A model generated the notes under the pieces. It was given only the letters and a program-made list of their open reading frames with translations, did not search any database and was not told the origin of the DNA. From contig RDEW01000008.1 of NCBI GenBank assembly GCA_011109175.1, positions 1,063,931 to 1,127,930 of the forward strand: a DNA stretch of 64,000 nucleotides. Reading direction: 5' to 3'. Positions within the stretch are counted from its first letter, which is position 1, and each line of letters begins with the position of its first letter. This stretch comes from Dicyema japonicum (taxonomy: Eukaryota; Animalia; Dicyemida). Below are positions 40,041 to 53,890 of the stretch, one piece after another. The position numbers and the translations under genes are program-made.

Positions 40041-43000
40041 AATTTTTATCTAAACAAAGTTACTTTTTTTGCAAATTGCCAAATTATAAAAAAATATACC
40101 GTATTCCTTATACTAAAATATTTATAAACATCTATTTTTTCCTGTTTTCTTTCTACGCAAAAATTAATTTTTTAAAAAGAGCCTATTCTTAGAAAATATA
40201 CTTCATTGCTAAACTAAGTAAAATCATTCGGGTCACTCAACTTAGATTCAATAAAATAATATTTTTTTATTTCAGGATGGCTTTAAGCGACACTCTGTGT
40301 TTACAGATATATTCACAATTTCACTAGTAAAGTTATACATGAACAATTTTTTTTTAAATCAAAATAAATTTTTCTACTTGCTGCTCTCAGAATCCAAGAC
40401 AAATTAAGTTACTGAAAGCCATATTAACCATGTCAAGATAAATATTCATCAAATGGGCCCCAACTACTTCACTCATCGTCCTCTAATGGATTTTTTGTGG
40501 TCAAATAGTGAGGATGATCCGTTCATTTATTTCATTTGCACTTTCATTTTCATAAAAGACGCAGTTACTTCCTCCTCTTTTTTGACTTATAGCTTTCCAA
40601 AATAATAATCCCTTCATTGCCGAGAAGCGTCTAAGTGTTTGGCTTTACTTCATAAACAAGATATAGTCCGACGTTAGAGATGTACAGTAGGACATGTGTG
40701 GTTAATAACTCCTTGAAACATCGCTATAAATTTATCATCTGCATAAACTTGAACAGTATGTATGGATCATTGAAGAATGGAATATCGGATAAAAACAAAT
40801 TTAATAATGAATGGGTACAGTGGATGTCTTTGAGGTACACCGTTCGGTAAGAAACGAGATATTGATACCGTAGTCTCCTGCGTCGCGCGGAAAGAAATTG
40901 TTGTCTTTGTATTATATTCGGATTCGAATGTCTTTTGAATATCCACGACAAATCCGAGATGTGTCACAGTAAAGCGACCCGGTTTGTAGTCGTATTGGAA
41001 GGAAGATGACAAAAGATTGGGAAAATAATTTTTAAAACAAGCTTTGTGCATGTGAGAAAGACCGGCCAGAGAATTAAGAGTAATAGGATTTATTTTTTTA
41101 AATTTAAAAATATTATTATTAATATTTAACAGATCTTAAAAATAAAATAAATGAACATGTCTATTTCTTTATGTGTGTTTTTGTGGTGCACTGTGATCTC
41201 CATTTTAGTTAGTTAAAATGGTCGAAAAGTGCAATATTATTCTACACTTAACATTGCTACTATTTTAGTAGTTAGTACAGTGTACTACAGTATTTGTTAA
41301 CATGTATATTGCTGATAATACTAGATATCCTATAGAATCCCATGAATCACCATTTGTGATTTATTCACTGAAATTCCCCACTTATGCTCCACAATATTCA
41401 AACTCTCCCTTATTAATCCATCTCTTTCTGGTTGTTTTTAGCCGCTCTATTAGTTCGTTTTTTAGAGGTGCATCCCAAAAATATTTACTCTGGGATGTGT
41501 TCTTTAATTACCATCTTCGAAAGTGATTCAAGCACACGTGACATTTTGGAAATGTTCCGCCAAATCTTGACCACATTAAATTCGAATCCAGAGATCACTA
41601 TATTCCGTCCATCTGTATGAGAAATTCGACTTTCTGTGTAGACACAAGCAGAGACACTTCTGACAGAGGTTAGGTCCTTCGATGAACACAGGATGGAAAT
41701 AGCACGAGCGATAGGGGGAACCAGGTACATATAACTAGAACGGTTATCATTACCTATGGGAACCAGGTTCATACAACTAGAACGGTGTTTCATGGGGGGG
41801 TATGTAAATAAATAAGATGTTACATCTATATGAGGAGAACACCTCAACCTATGATTAAATATTAGCGGTATAATTTGCATGTGCTATGTTCATGTCGAAG
41901 ATGAAGGTTTCGAGCATGGAAATATTTAAATTTCTTTAAAATCGTGCTTTATTAAAAATCCAAAGAACTTTATCTGCATGAGACTTCTTGAAGTTGCCCC
42001 CTACAAAAATTATCGAACTGGAGGATCCTTATAGCTCATGTAGATCATGATTTCTTGGATCAATGTTCATAAAATTCGGCTACACAAAAAGGGGGATTTG
42101 GAGTGATAGAGGAGTGGTTTACAGTCAAACAGAACATTGTGGCACGAAAAAGGATCATTTAGTCTCCTCCACTCAACTGGAGGGGTTCCGACAACTGCAA
42201 AGAATTGACGTTTCTACATTTTATGGTGGTTTTAGATTGATTTTTGTAATATTGGAAGGACCGTGTCTGCAAAAATAAAAATAATGTATCTCACGTGTTG
42301 CTTTGTCTACACTCCATATCTTCGATTCTTAGAATATTGTGTGGAAAGTAGAAGTCAAGAAAATTATTTTTTATTTTCAAGTAAGTACTACTTCACATGA
42401 AAATACTAACCATCCAACAAGATGTCCAACATTGAACTCGACAGGCCAGCCCAGCATGAAAAATAATTTTTTCAAAAACCAATCCTGTCTTCTGAGTTAA
42501 ATCTGAGTTGCCCAAAGAAGACTTTCAACTATACCGTGAAGTTCAATTGTGAGGATTTCAAAAGACAGTTACATGTCTGGTTGGGGTGACTTTTAAAGAT
42601 GTCAAATCGAGATTCGTGGAAATTGGTAATGTCAACAAAGGTTCCTTGGTTTTCTGAGGCATTGGTTAAAACCCATGAACGGGTTTTCCCTCAAATCGCC
42701 TGACGTGATCTGAAAATTGTAGTCATGTAGATCGCTACTTTCCGCAAAACTATGTAAAATCTGTAAACAACTTCGAAGACAAAGATTTAGATATCGAATC
42801 GATCCTGATGCCTTTTTAGGGATATCATCTAAACATGGCATGCTACCAATTGACGCTTCAAGTCTGATCATAAAATTACTCACAAATATAGTAAGGCAGT
42901 CGAGTTATGCATTCGATACGTGATTATTACTGAAAAAGTGATATATGTAAACTGTAAAAATAAAAAAGAAATAGTACCCGATTAACAAAGGTACTCATTA

Positions 43001-46000
43001 AAGAGGGTTCATTCATAGTCGTTTGTGAAGAAATGACAAAAAATCGATTTTTGGAAATTTCTAATGCCTGGACGCCATATTAAGAGGATCTCGTTTTTCC
43101 ATATTCCCCTTGAGGGGTTCAAGTGGCGGATATGATGCATGGAAAATGCATCTCATTCTGACCGCTGGAAACTGGGATTACTTTGTTAGTTGAGTACTCT
43201 CTTTCTCTTTAACCCAGTGATCCTGAGTCAATAAATATAGAATGTCTTGTTTCAATATTTTTAGAAATATTATGATGCTTTGTTAGAAATCAATATGAGG
43301 CAAATAATTCCATATGTGGGGGGAATCTTGGAGTCGTTTAGCTACAATAGCGCTAGAGATAAAAGACAACGATCCCTTGTTTCCAAAATAATTCCAGAGT
43401 ATTACCCCCATCTACTTAGAGTGCGCATCAAATTTGATGGAAATAAATGACATTGTTGTACAATTGGAGAGAGCAAAGAGCTCAATTCCCCAGATTCAAC
43501 AAAAATTAATTTACCACCTGTCCATTCAAGTGAAGGAAATCGGTGGCGACTTTTTCTCTCAGTCTTGTATAAATAGGCGTTGAGACCCACGTGATGACCG
43601 CAGCGGAGGCGAGAGTTTACCCGAATTTTAAGAGGAAGGCGATTATTCTGTCGGGGTGCGATTTTGAATTAATTTTTTTTTAAATTGTTATATATTTATA
43701 ATTAAATTTCAAATAATTAAATAATATAGCATGCAGCTTTCTGGTGTGACCTGTTAAAAGTAAGAAAATATGGAGACAACTATTTATCTTTTGTTTTCAT
43801 TCAAAATATCCACTTAAAACCATGTATTTGCAATGTGTGTGAATTTTTTTAACAAAGCGATTTAGCTATCTCGCTTATTGAAACTCACACAACGCACGCA
43901 TTCGGAATCACTAGGAAAAGTTATTGAATGTTTTTAAATTTAAAGCACAACTATGCAAAGAGATAAACATATCAAATAAATACCTGAAAACCCACAAATT
44001 ATTCATGTCTTTTGTATTCACATAAAGATGGAGAAATTATCGCCAATACTGGTTTTTTACCTTTTTTTAATTCATAAAGACACTATTGGATGACAACGCT
44101 ATGAGGATTGGGGTTTCCGTCCGCCTCGGAATAGATATTGCACGATCCATCGCTGTAGATGCGGAGGAATGGTCGAGGCTAAAGTTTATCGAGGCCTCCC
44201 AATGGACGGTGACATAATTTATATTTATTTTGACGATGACTGCCATTTTATGAGGTTATTTTTAAAATTATTAAAAATCGACAGGATTTTTAATTTTCAA
44301 CGAATTTGAATTATATTTAAATATTGTGCACTATGATTTTTTAAAACAAAATTGCCCAAATGTAATATCTATTCATTGCATTTACATAGGCACAGTCAAT
44401 AAAGATATTTATTACGACGTGGTCTCCCTTATGACTTGCAGGCATTGAGTACACAATCGGAGTTACCACATATGATCGAAGCCCAATGTTCTGGAAGAGC
44501 CAATTTGTCATTCTGGGCTCTCCCTTTTGCAGTTTTGCAAGCTGCTCGATTAACTGATTAACTCAGACTTGCTCGGTCCAAAAACGCGAGAAGTCTCAAC
44601 GGATATCGCTTGGAATGCGAACAGAATTGGAAGAACTAGACACGAGCCTAAACATCGTTCAAAATGAGAAAATTAACAGGTTTCTTAGCTGTAAAATAGA
44701 AGTCCAATTTGAGGGTATGAAGTTGCTTGGATCGCTATTGAGTTCCCTGAGTATTTGCTGCAACATAGCCTCGCCTTAGAAGATTCTATTGTGGGACAGT
44801 TTTCCAACAATTCCTTGACGAATTAATGAATAATGTGGTTGAAGCAAATTCACTATGGTCAAGGATTCTTTTCTTCTGCCTTTAATTGTGACTAAATGCC
44901 TAATACAACTGTAATACAGTCTTGATCCCTCTAAATACGAATTATCCACCTTGATTACGTCAAGATTGAATAATTTGTGAACGTAAGCACAGTTGTTGTA
45001 TTATATTACAATTTATTATTTTTAGTCATGTTTTTTGCTTTTAATTATTCTTAGTTATTTTACTTGAACTTTGAAATTACAGAAGGGAAGCGGGAAAATT
45101 TAGTTGGATAAGTCTCATTAACTCTAAATTACCAAATGGAAAACCAATGAGCAAAGCCATCGACCACAGGTAAAAAAACTGGAATCCTATTCAAGGTCAT
45201 TTTCGCCGATTATACTGACCATCAAGCAAACTCGACGTTGGGCTTTTATAAACAATAGTTGCTCCGACCATCGAATACGCTTATTCCGCCTGGTTCAGAT
45301 CCTTTGGAAAAGCACTCCGTCAGCCATCCGAAAATTGTTGAAAAGAATTAAGTACCTGACGAAGGAGAAAGACAAAATAGTTACTTCTGACATCCCTAGT
45401 TCTATACAAGAGAAACAATGAGACCACAGTACTAATAGGTCTAGTAGAAATCTACAAGAAAAAACCTGCGACTCTGTTTCGAGGTCGCACCTGACAGGCG
45501 CTAAAGAAGTCATGGTAAAGGAATTCCGAAAGTGAATTTTTTTGAAGGCTATTGGACAGAAAAGCCTTCTCCCTCCTGTGACATGTAGCAGTAGTTTTTA
45601 TCATCAAATAACCGATTATCAAATACGTTTCTTCCACATAAAGATTTGCGTTTCCTCTTCGAAAAATGAACACATCAACTCACTTAAAGGAAAATCTTGC
45701 ATCTTTTTCCCTCATACAAAAGGCCATCTCCCCTTGCTTAGGCAACTTGTGATGGCAACACCCAATGATTCACTACCTCTTACGATTTCTATGATAAACT
45801 ATTTTTCTTATCGACTGACACCTGTTTTGTTATCGATGATCCGGTGGCATATAGCATATTTGATCCAAGAATTTCTGAGGTTTTGACTAAGTGGGGTGTG
45901 AAGATGAACTGTTTTCTGGGGGATCTTATTTTTTTCTTTTTGGCCCTCATCGAAGTTAGAGGGAGAGATGACATTCTTTCTTTTCAACATTTCGGCTTTC

Positions 46001-48039
46001 AAGCTCACGGAACGGCTTTGGATGCGTTCTGGTTGAAGGTATCCGTGCATGTAAAGTCCTGGACCATAGACTTACCGACTTCAAACGGAAAGATGAAGAT
46101 CCCATTTTTAAATTTTTCATAACTCCCACACAAGCAAAGAGGAATAACCATTTATAGTCGTCTGATGGCCTTATGTCTAGAACTTCCACTACTCCTACAG
46201 GCGAGTGATGAATACAATAACCGTTGATCTGGTCACCTACTCGCCACGATGTGGTACAAAATCAAGACCTAATTAAAATATCAAATTAACATAAAATAGC
46301 CAAATTTCAAAGTCATTAAACTTTTAATTAATGTTTTTTACCTCTTCTAACTTTGTCTCTTCTAAAACGGACCGATGTTCTCTAACTTGCCACTATTATC
46401 ATAAAGATCACTTTTACATTCTTCTGAACCCATTTATGGAAAATTAACTTTGTAGTAAGATCTTTTATCCCTCGTTATTTTAATCAGATTTTACTAAGTT
46501 TCGACCTTACATTAAATTGTAAACCCTAACATCGTAAACATGGACGAAATGAAAGGCCATTAACAAGTACGCCTCAAGATAAGTCGTTTAAGAGTTAATC
46601 AGCTTCCAAGCCGAGTCCTAGCCAGCTTGGGCAAGCAAAGAGATCTCGAACTTCTCTTCACTCAAGATTGCACTATATCCACACCGTAGATGTGCGAGTC
46701 TCACTTTGACGGTAATTGGAGCAGCTATTCTGAATCCCTCCTTGTATGGCGGTAAAAAAAACTTTCAAAATTTAATGACACGTGACTTATCAATTGTTAG
46801 TAATGAAATGCTATTTATCACAATTTTTAACTAAAAAATGTCTCCGAGGAATACGGAGATATCCTTTCCCCACAACGGTCTGGGCTCACTTAGTTAGGTG
46901 AGGACATTTTCTTTTATAGAAGTAAAGGATATCAAATGGAGTAAATAACAGTGGCTAACGGGCAGTTTTCTTCTTCTAACCGTCTTCTATTAAAACGTCT
47001 GAAGTGCTTGACCTCAGGGGTATGGAATCCGTCAAACAATCGTCCGACCTGCAGAAACACTAAAGAGTGAACCCAGAAATACGTAAATGCTCTTCCAAAG
47101 ACATTGGTCTCTCAATCATGAGAAATCATATTTCCCATAATTCTTGAGCAATAGACTGTCTGTTTCTTCTTAAGTGAAGAAGTTAGACACATCATAGCGG
47201 GACTTTTTGTCACCAGACCCATTGGGTAAACCATATGTGGATAATACATAGGAATGCAGTCCCAAGTCCGTTAGGTAAACCTTATATGGATAATACATAG
47301 GAAACCGGATACTATGTCGCATTTAATATAACATTACTTACTTTCTTGTATTTTTCTTTGACTAATTTAGTGGGAAGAAACAACTTATTTATTTATTTTT
47401 AAATAATTTTTTTTAAAATATTTTATTATATATCTTGTCAAGAAGATTCTAACTCGCTCGCTGAATTCTCTACTAACCTGGACGCGGCCATGCTCTTCCC
47501 ACGTTCTCTCAGTGGTGCCTGGACGATGCTGTATGCCAGAATTCTTTTGAAGATAGTGTCATCTAACCAACATTACCGTGCCTGTTTGTTGTCAGGGGCA
47601 TCTTCCGAGAGCGGTTCATGGCTCAATGCCCATTCCCAATGGAGTTTTGGGTACTTTTCTGGATGATGAATGCGTCTACATTGGAATCTCATTACTACTG
47701 GGATTAAAAGTCTGTGTTCCACATCCGTTCCCATGAAAAGACCAGATCAACTGTTTTGGACTGCACTCCCTCTCCTGCATCAAGATTACAGGCAGATTCC
47801 CAGACACATGACAGTGAAAACCGAAAAATAAGTTAATTTTATACGCAAAAAGTTACTTTAAGTATAAAATTCACAATATCTGATTTCACTATAAACTGTT
47901 TTCACTGTAATATTTTGGATTATCAAATTTTATTTAATCTCAAAAACACTAAGAAGTCGTTAACGTGCTCTACACGTGGAACTATGTTTCCTTTTCAGTA
48001 ACCAATTGAAACTATCAGTTTACTCCTACAGGATCGGAA

Positions 48040-48640
48040 GAGACTTCACTCTTAACGGTCTTGGCTCACTTAATTAGACGAGGACATTAACTACTACTGG
48101 AGTAGAGGATATCAAGAGGATGAAAACCAGTAGCTAACAGGTCAGGTTTCTTATCTAACCGTCTTTTGTTAGACGTCTGGAGTGCTTGACCTTGGGACTA
48201 TGGAATCCATAAACCAGAATGAAGCAAATGATCCTTCAAAACATTGGACTTGCTATTATGAAGGGTTAACAATCAAATCATATTGCCCAGAATTCGTGGA
48301 GCAACAGAACCTGTTAAACGTTAGCAACAGCATGTGTTGTTTCTAAGAAATTTATCCTTAGGAAGAAATGAGTGATATTTTTGACGAATCAAGTGACTTA
48401 AGCGATTTGAAGATGAACGTGATGAATCAGAATAAGCGTAAGATACTAGCAGGTTAACTGGAGAGCTTAGACATATCACATCGAAACAATTTGTTCCAAA
48501 CACGCTGGGTAAATTATATGAGGATAATATATAAATGCAGTACTTGAACAGGACATTATATCCCGTCTAATAAAACATTAATTACTTTCTTGTACTATTT
48601 TCGGGGCTACACGACTTTCATCAGAAAAATATTTCTTCAT
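48040..48640 (-). other. Divergent third copy of an unidentified dispersed gene-like repeat (others ~28990-29520 and ~46860-47380)
   Basis: Shared blocks with the other two copies; ATG start MKKYFSDESRVAPKIVQE followed by a GT-AG micro-intron; downstream stops. Confidence 0.4.
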
Positions 48641-50060
48641 AATTTTTATTTATTTTAAATAATTATTTTTTTAATAATTTTTATTATTATAATTTTTCTG
48701 ATTCATTTTATGCGAATACAGAAAAAATCCATAATTTTAGAAAAATTGTGGGGATTTTAAAATTCTCCCAGCAAACTTCCGCATTTTGTGGAATTTTATT
48801 GTGGATTCGAAAGGTAGTACTTTATATCTGTGATAACTAAATGATTCTTCTAAGATTACTATTATTATCTAAAATCCATATAACATGTTCCATAAAAAAA
48901 GATGTCTTAAAATTGTAGCAATCGATCCATTTTTCTTTAGGTCATCCGACCTACAAGGTGCAAACCCTTATGAATTTGACGAATCTTAAACTCGTTACCA
49001 TTAGGCCAAAGGGATAAAGAAAATTTAATGTGTCCTTTTTTAATTTCTGACGTCCAATCACGTGGGTCTATTGCAAGCCTGGCCACTTATCACATATTAA
49101 TACACAAGGTAGTATTATACTGTAGAATTTCACTAAAAGGCCCTATGAATCAGCAACTAAACCACTATTCTTCCACTTAGTACATTTTCTACTGACTGAT
49201 CACTGTTAGTTTCTTTGTTGTTGAACAGAGCAAACCTATGAGATACTAAAAACGATAAGGGACTGAGAGAAATCGAGTAAGGGGACTGAAAATCTATGAA
49301 GGTAAATGGGAGACAATCCGTTTCACTTCAAGGCATGCCATTCCCGTCTGAGTTCGTCTAAGTTTTAAGTGAACCCAGAATGTTCACGAATTAGATGTTG
49401 CCTTGTTCAGTTCTCTCCGATTTGATGTAAGTAAATCAAATAAATCATTCGAATCCACATTTACTGGACTCAGACAAAATGACTTCTCAATATGATTTTC
49501 TAGAATCCGTAACTTTTTCAAAAATGCTTAAGTGTTTACGTTTCCACTGAGCTCCAAAGGAAAATAAATAATATCCTATATGATAGAGCTCCAATCGAAT
49601 CACAATACAGACAACAGTTTGATTTAATAATTTATTCTTTTTTTAAATATAAATCGTCATGTAATTAATTATTCGAAATTAATTTATTATTAAAAAAATC
49701 ATTATGTGTATATTGAGTCCTATGTTAGTATAATAAACTGAAAAAACAATATTGGGGTTACCAATCGAGTTCCTCCAGATAAATTCATGTAGGCAAGAAG
49801 TTCATCATTTCTTCAACATTCTGCACTCACAGCAAAATCTACGGTTCTTAAAACGTCACTGCTATTAGTTAGGTAATACCTAATCTTATCCCAGAGATCA
49901 AAAGAGTTCCTTGAGTTTACAGTCAACCTAAGGTTCCAGTATTTAGTCAACATCAGTCAATCTCTCAGAAAAAATTTCTAGAAACTAAAAAGTCGCTTAA
50001 AAAGCTTAAGAGATAAACGAAAAGGCCCAAATTAGTAAAACTAATAAATTAGTAAATCAA

Positions 50061-50720
50061 TCATTTCCAATCTCCCTTATCGTAATCCCACATGGAGGCA
50101 ATCCCTGTAATGGGGTTCATATTCTGCTTAAGCATTCTCTTAATCTGTTCCTCCTTAGCCTTTACAGTCAAATAGTTTGGCACTTCCGGCATCACTGATA
50201 TCAGAACACCAAATACTTAACATCTTTATCCCAGCGAACATCAGCATTGACACACCAATTATGAAGAAATAGTGGGCCAGGATCTTTCTCCAAATCCCCG
50301 TCTTAGCTTGCGATTCGCACAACGTGTGACGGAAGGAGACTCGATAAACTAAAAATAAATGGGATAGGAACGTGATTTTTTCTCCTCCAGGGTCAGCGTC
50401 TTCCAGTCGTTCACTTCCTTCTCCCTGAGAGCCATAACTTGGGGAGTGTTGGACATGAATCGGATTGGGGGAAGGACAGTCAATTCTGTCAAGATAACGG
50501 TAATTGTGTTCGTATGGATGTCCCACGATGTCCCGATCCCCGACTTCTGGGTAGAGCTTCTCCTTGAGGTCAGGGCTGTCAAAAATGATTGCCTGCTTGG
50601 CAGCAATTGGTCGGACGACACCTGAAGAACCAGTGACATAGCGGGGGATGGTTTGATTCTTTATGTTAGAAAGGATTTTACAACTAGTTTATAAGGTAGT
50701 CGAGAAAATAGTTGGGTCAT
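50061..50720 (-). CDS. COX4: Cytochrome c oxidase subunit 4
   Basis: Introns 50659-50681, 50349-50371 and 50195-50216. Protein includes VGDRDIVG, YLDRIDCP[fs]PIRF, LREKEVNDWKTLTLEEKKSLYRVSF, a TM segment and NPITGIASMWDYDKGDWK*. One frameshift at the G-run 50467-50471. Confidence 0.95.
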
Positions 50721-52099
50721 AAACACACAATGAATAATTTAAATTATTTTTATTCATTTAATTTGAATTTTTTATTTTTATTATTATTTTACAAATATTT
50801 TGTAGGTTATTCACTCATAAAGATGACTAGGCATACAGGAAATGCTACGTCTCCGAGAGAAACATCGGGAAATGTTGAGGCCGATATTGAGAGAGGCTGG
50901 GATCACCTGATGGTCTTCCCTCATAATTATTGCACAATTAAGTTCTGAGTACTTCCTCTTAGAGACGAATATATCCCTTGACTTCTTCCACCGGATCAAT
51001 TATCACTGAATCTACAAAAGTTTTCTTCTGTTCGGGAACTCCGGTGAACATCAGAGATCTGTGGAAGCATCCAACACTTGCTGCTGAACGCCCGAGGACA
51101 GCCGGCCTTCTGCAAAGTTAAATCCGAAATATAAGATGCAAACCCTTTGGAGTTCGAATCATAGACTTAAATTCGCTACCATTAACGACAAAAGGATAAA
51201 GGCAATTCAATGTATCTTTTTAAATTGCTAAACATCAATCACGTGGGTCTACAAGCATGGCACTGCCACAAATGTTTTGAGGAGTCTAACATCGAACAGA
51301 GGAGTAAGGAAAAGATTGATGACCGGAATCATAATAAAAAAGGAAATAGGTATCAGAAGGAAACTTAACTTCTTGATTTGTCCGAGAGATCACTGGACTC
51401 CATGAAGCACATTCATAGGAGATGCATTCCTATATATTCAGAACTGGGAGATTTTTTGCCTTCCAGATATACTGTCGAATCTTGGTCCACCAAATATGTA
51501 TTTTGTCCTTTCAGACTTCCCGAAATTCTTGATTGCATCACTGACAGCATCATCAGTTCTCAAAGTGATCGTCCAACGATGGTTAATTGTAATCGCCTAC
51601 CTTAAGTAGATCTCTCAACTTTTCTCAGTGCTTGTCCCAAGATCTGAAGCACTTCTTGTCGTTCGTGTTACTTGTGGAAGCCTACGACTCGCCATTCCTC
51701 ACAAGAGCCACGGGTGGAGCGATCTCTACATCAAAGTTGAGAACTTTTAAAATTTTCCATGACTTTTATTTGAATGTCGTGATTATCTTTAGATTTATTT
51801 TGGACAGGTTTTTCCTGATCGTCGGTTGCATGTTTGAACCGAAACAACCTTTTTAGTCTCAAGGAGAGTCTTTAAAATGTTCAGGTGGAACAAGATGACG
51901 TTGTGGTATACTGAATGTCATGAGGAACCGCAACACTCAATAACTTAACAGAGTATTCTCCGTTAAGGGTTATGGCTGCAACAGCTTGCTACTCTTCTAT
52001 TGAGGTTAATATCGTCGTGCATGACTTCACATACAAAACTCTGGTTACAGAATATTTTCTGAACGTTAAATTTATCCAATCATTCAAGGTAGCTTAAAG

Positions 52100-52650
52100 G
52101 TTAGGATGGAAGGGCTATAAATGGTCCATTAGTTCAATTCCACTGCTGGTCATTGTGTCACTACGTTGTTTTGAAAGTAAATGGTCATTTGTTCTCCTCC
52201 ATTTCACTGGATCATTATTTGAGGGGTTCCACATTATGGTTTTAATGGACTTTTTTACTGAAAAAGCTTGTCCCTCAACTACTAAAGGACTTGGATATAC
52301 ATGATTAGTTGTTGCCAATAACAAATTTGATCTCGACGTGAAAGTGAAGATCTTTAAGACCCGGCATGCATCTCGCTTCCTAATCGTCGCCACCTTCCTA
52401 CATACTTACTAAGCTGAAGTCAACAAATCTTTTCCACGTACCGTTGTCTGTCGTGCTCTTCCTTGTCCTTGAGGTATCTCCCGATTTTCAAATATCTTCA
52501 TCAAGAACGGTCGGAAGTGTCGCCCTTGGTTGACCATAAAAACGCGGAGCGTCAAGAACATAGTAATCCTCAATAACCACGTTTGCGGGATCCCCAGGTT
52601 CAGACGAAGTATATATTCAATATAAAATCCGTCCACAAGCATTTTGATGG
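52100..52650 (-). mobile_element. Possible LTR-retrotransposon integrase relic
   Basis: LRVFMVNQGRHF..EIPQGQGR resembles the integrase-core SDQG..F / PQ.NG..ER motifs. Confidence 0.4.
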
Positions 52651-53173
52651 CAACGTTAGTATGTGCCTACTTGATTGAAGATTTTATTTATTTCTTAATA
52701 GAATGGCGTCATGTGATCTACTAGTCTCAGGTGGCACGAAAAAAATCATTTACTCTCCCCCAATTAATTAGAAGGGTTTTCACAACTACGAGGAACGGAC
52801 GTCTTCTATAGGTGATTTATTGTCAGCATGTGGAGGTTGCAAAAAGGGCAGAGTACATCATAAGCTGGTAGATATGGGTGGTGCCCACATCGTAGACGAG
52901 CCAGGTTTACTCCCACGTCTCTTATCCAGTATACTGGTTTGGATAGACTTGTGTGACATTGGAAGGAATCTGCATCTGTGACAGTGGTAACTGGATTTAC
53001 TTAATTAGTTGGTAACTGTTAACTTCTTTCTCGGTGTATCCTGGGTTAATAATAATAATTGAAATGCGTTTTATCAACCACACTTTTTAGCTGTCTCAAT
53101 CAACAGTCTTTTTATTTATTTTTTTAATTAAAATTTTTTATTTAATTAATTTTTAATTAAAATTTTAGGAGGA

Positions 53174-53890
53174 ATGAGCGATAATTTAATATCGTCATAT
53201 GTACGCACGTTCAGATGTTATCATCCATTCCTTCCATCCCCAATGACAGGAGTCGTCTGAAACAGATACACGATTTTGTTTCTACGAGAAGCATCCGAAG
53301 ACTCGGAGACAATAAAATATTACAGCGACCCTCTCTCCAATAGACCAATCAGAATCCTCTCTTTCAAGGGACGTGGAGTAAACCTGGCTCGTCTACGATG
53401 TGGGCACCACCCATATCTACCAGCTTATGATGTACTCTGCACCTTTTGCAACCTCCACGTGCTGACAACAAATCACCTATTTCAATGTCATGAATTGGCA
53501 CAACATTTCTCCACAATGCCGGAACTGACCGATCTATGGGAGCGCACCAACTTAATAGCTGCTGGCTCCTGCAAGTTAGTGAGGCTGGGGTTACTTAACT
53601 AACTAACTTGCACGTTCAGGAATTTGCCTTTAGCATGTAGGAGGGGGTCGTAGGCGAGTTGTCTCTCACCGATCATAAAATAAATTTAATTTCAGAAAAT
53701 GGTAAGCATGACTATAAAATCTAATATTAAACTAGACACCTGCGGAGGGCCTGTCCCGAGCTACGATTATTTGACAAACGACATTAGTCTCTTCTGGGAC
53801 CTCCAAGCCCGGACTTGTATACTCTTATTAAAGCTCAATGACACGATAATTCAGGTGTCTAGTTTGATTTAAAGTGCTTAGGAGACTTGA
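53174..53890 (+). CDS. Small orphan protein (~71 aa), 4 exons
   Basis: Exons 53174-53200, 53641-53701, 53736-53854 and 53882-53890 give MSDNLISSYEGVVGELSLTDHKINLISENDTCGGPVPSYDYLTNDISLFWDLQARTCILLLKLNDTIIQET*; all junctions GT-AG. Confidence 0.5.
53215..53609 (+). mobile_element. 5'-truncated I-group-like LINE 3' end with (TAAC)n tail
   Basis: LARLRCGHH..C.FC..T.NHLF.C zinc motif; TSD GCACGTTCAG at 53205-53214 and 53610-53619. Confidence 0.85.

Larger units (their letters stand above)
29787..47607 (+). repeat. Unit 2 of ~18-kb tandem segmental duplication
   Basis: Starts TTTTCCATGAGAATTTAAAAC as at 11635; shared sequence ends at GCATCTTCCGA (29785 / 47607). Confidence 0.9.

Noticed and set aside
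49700-50020. Possible small plus-strand gene converging on COX4
   Set aside because: Intron-like segments exist but no consistent open frame from an ATG could be built
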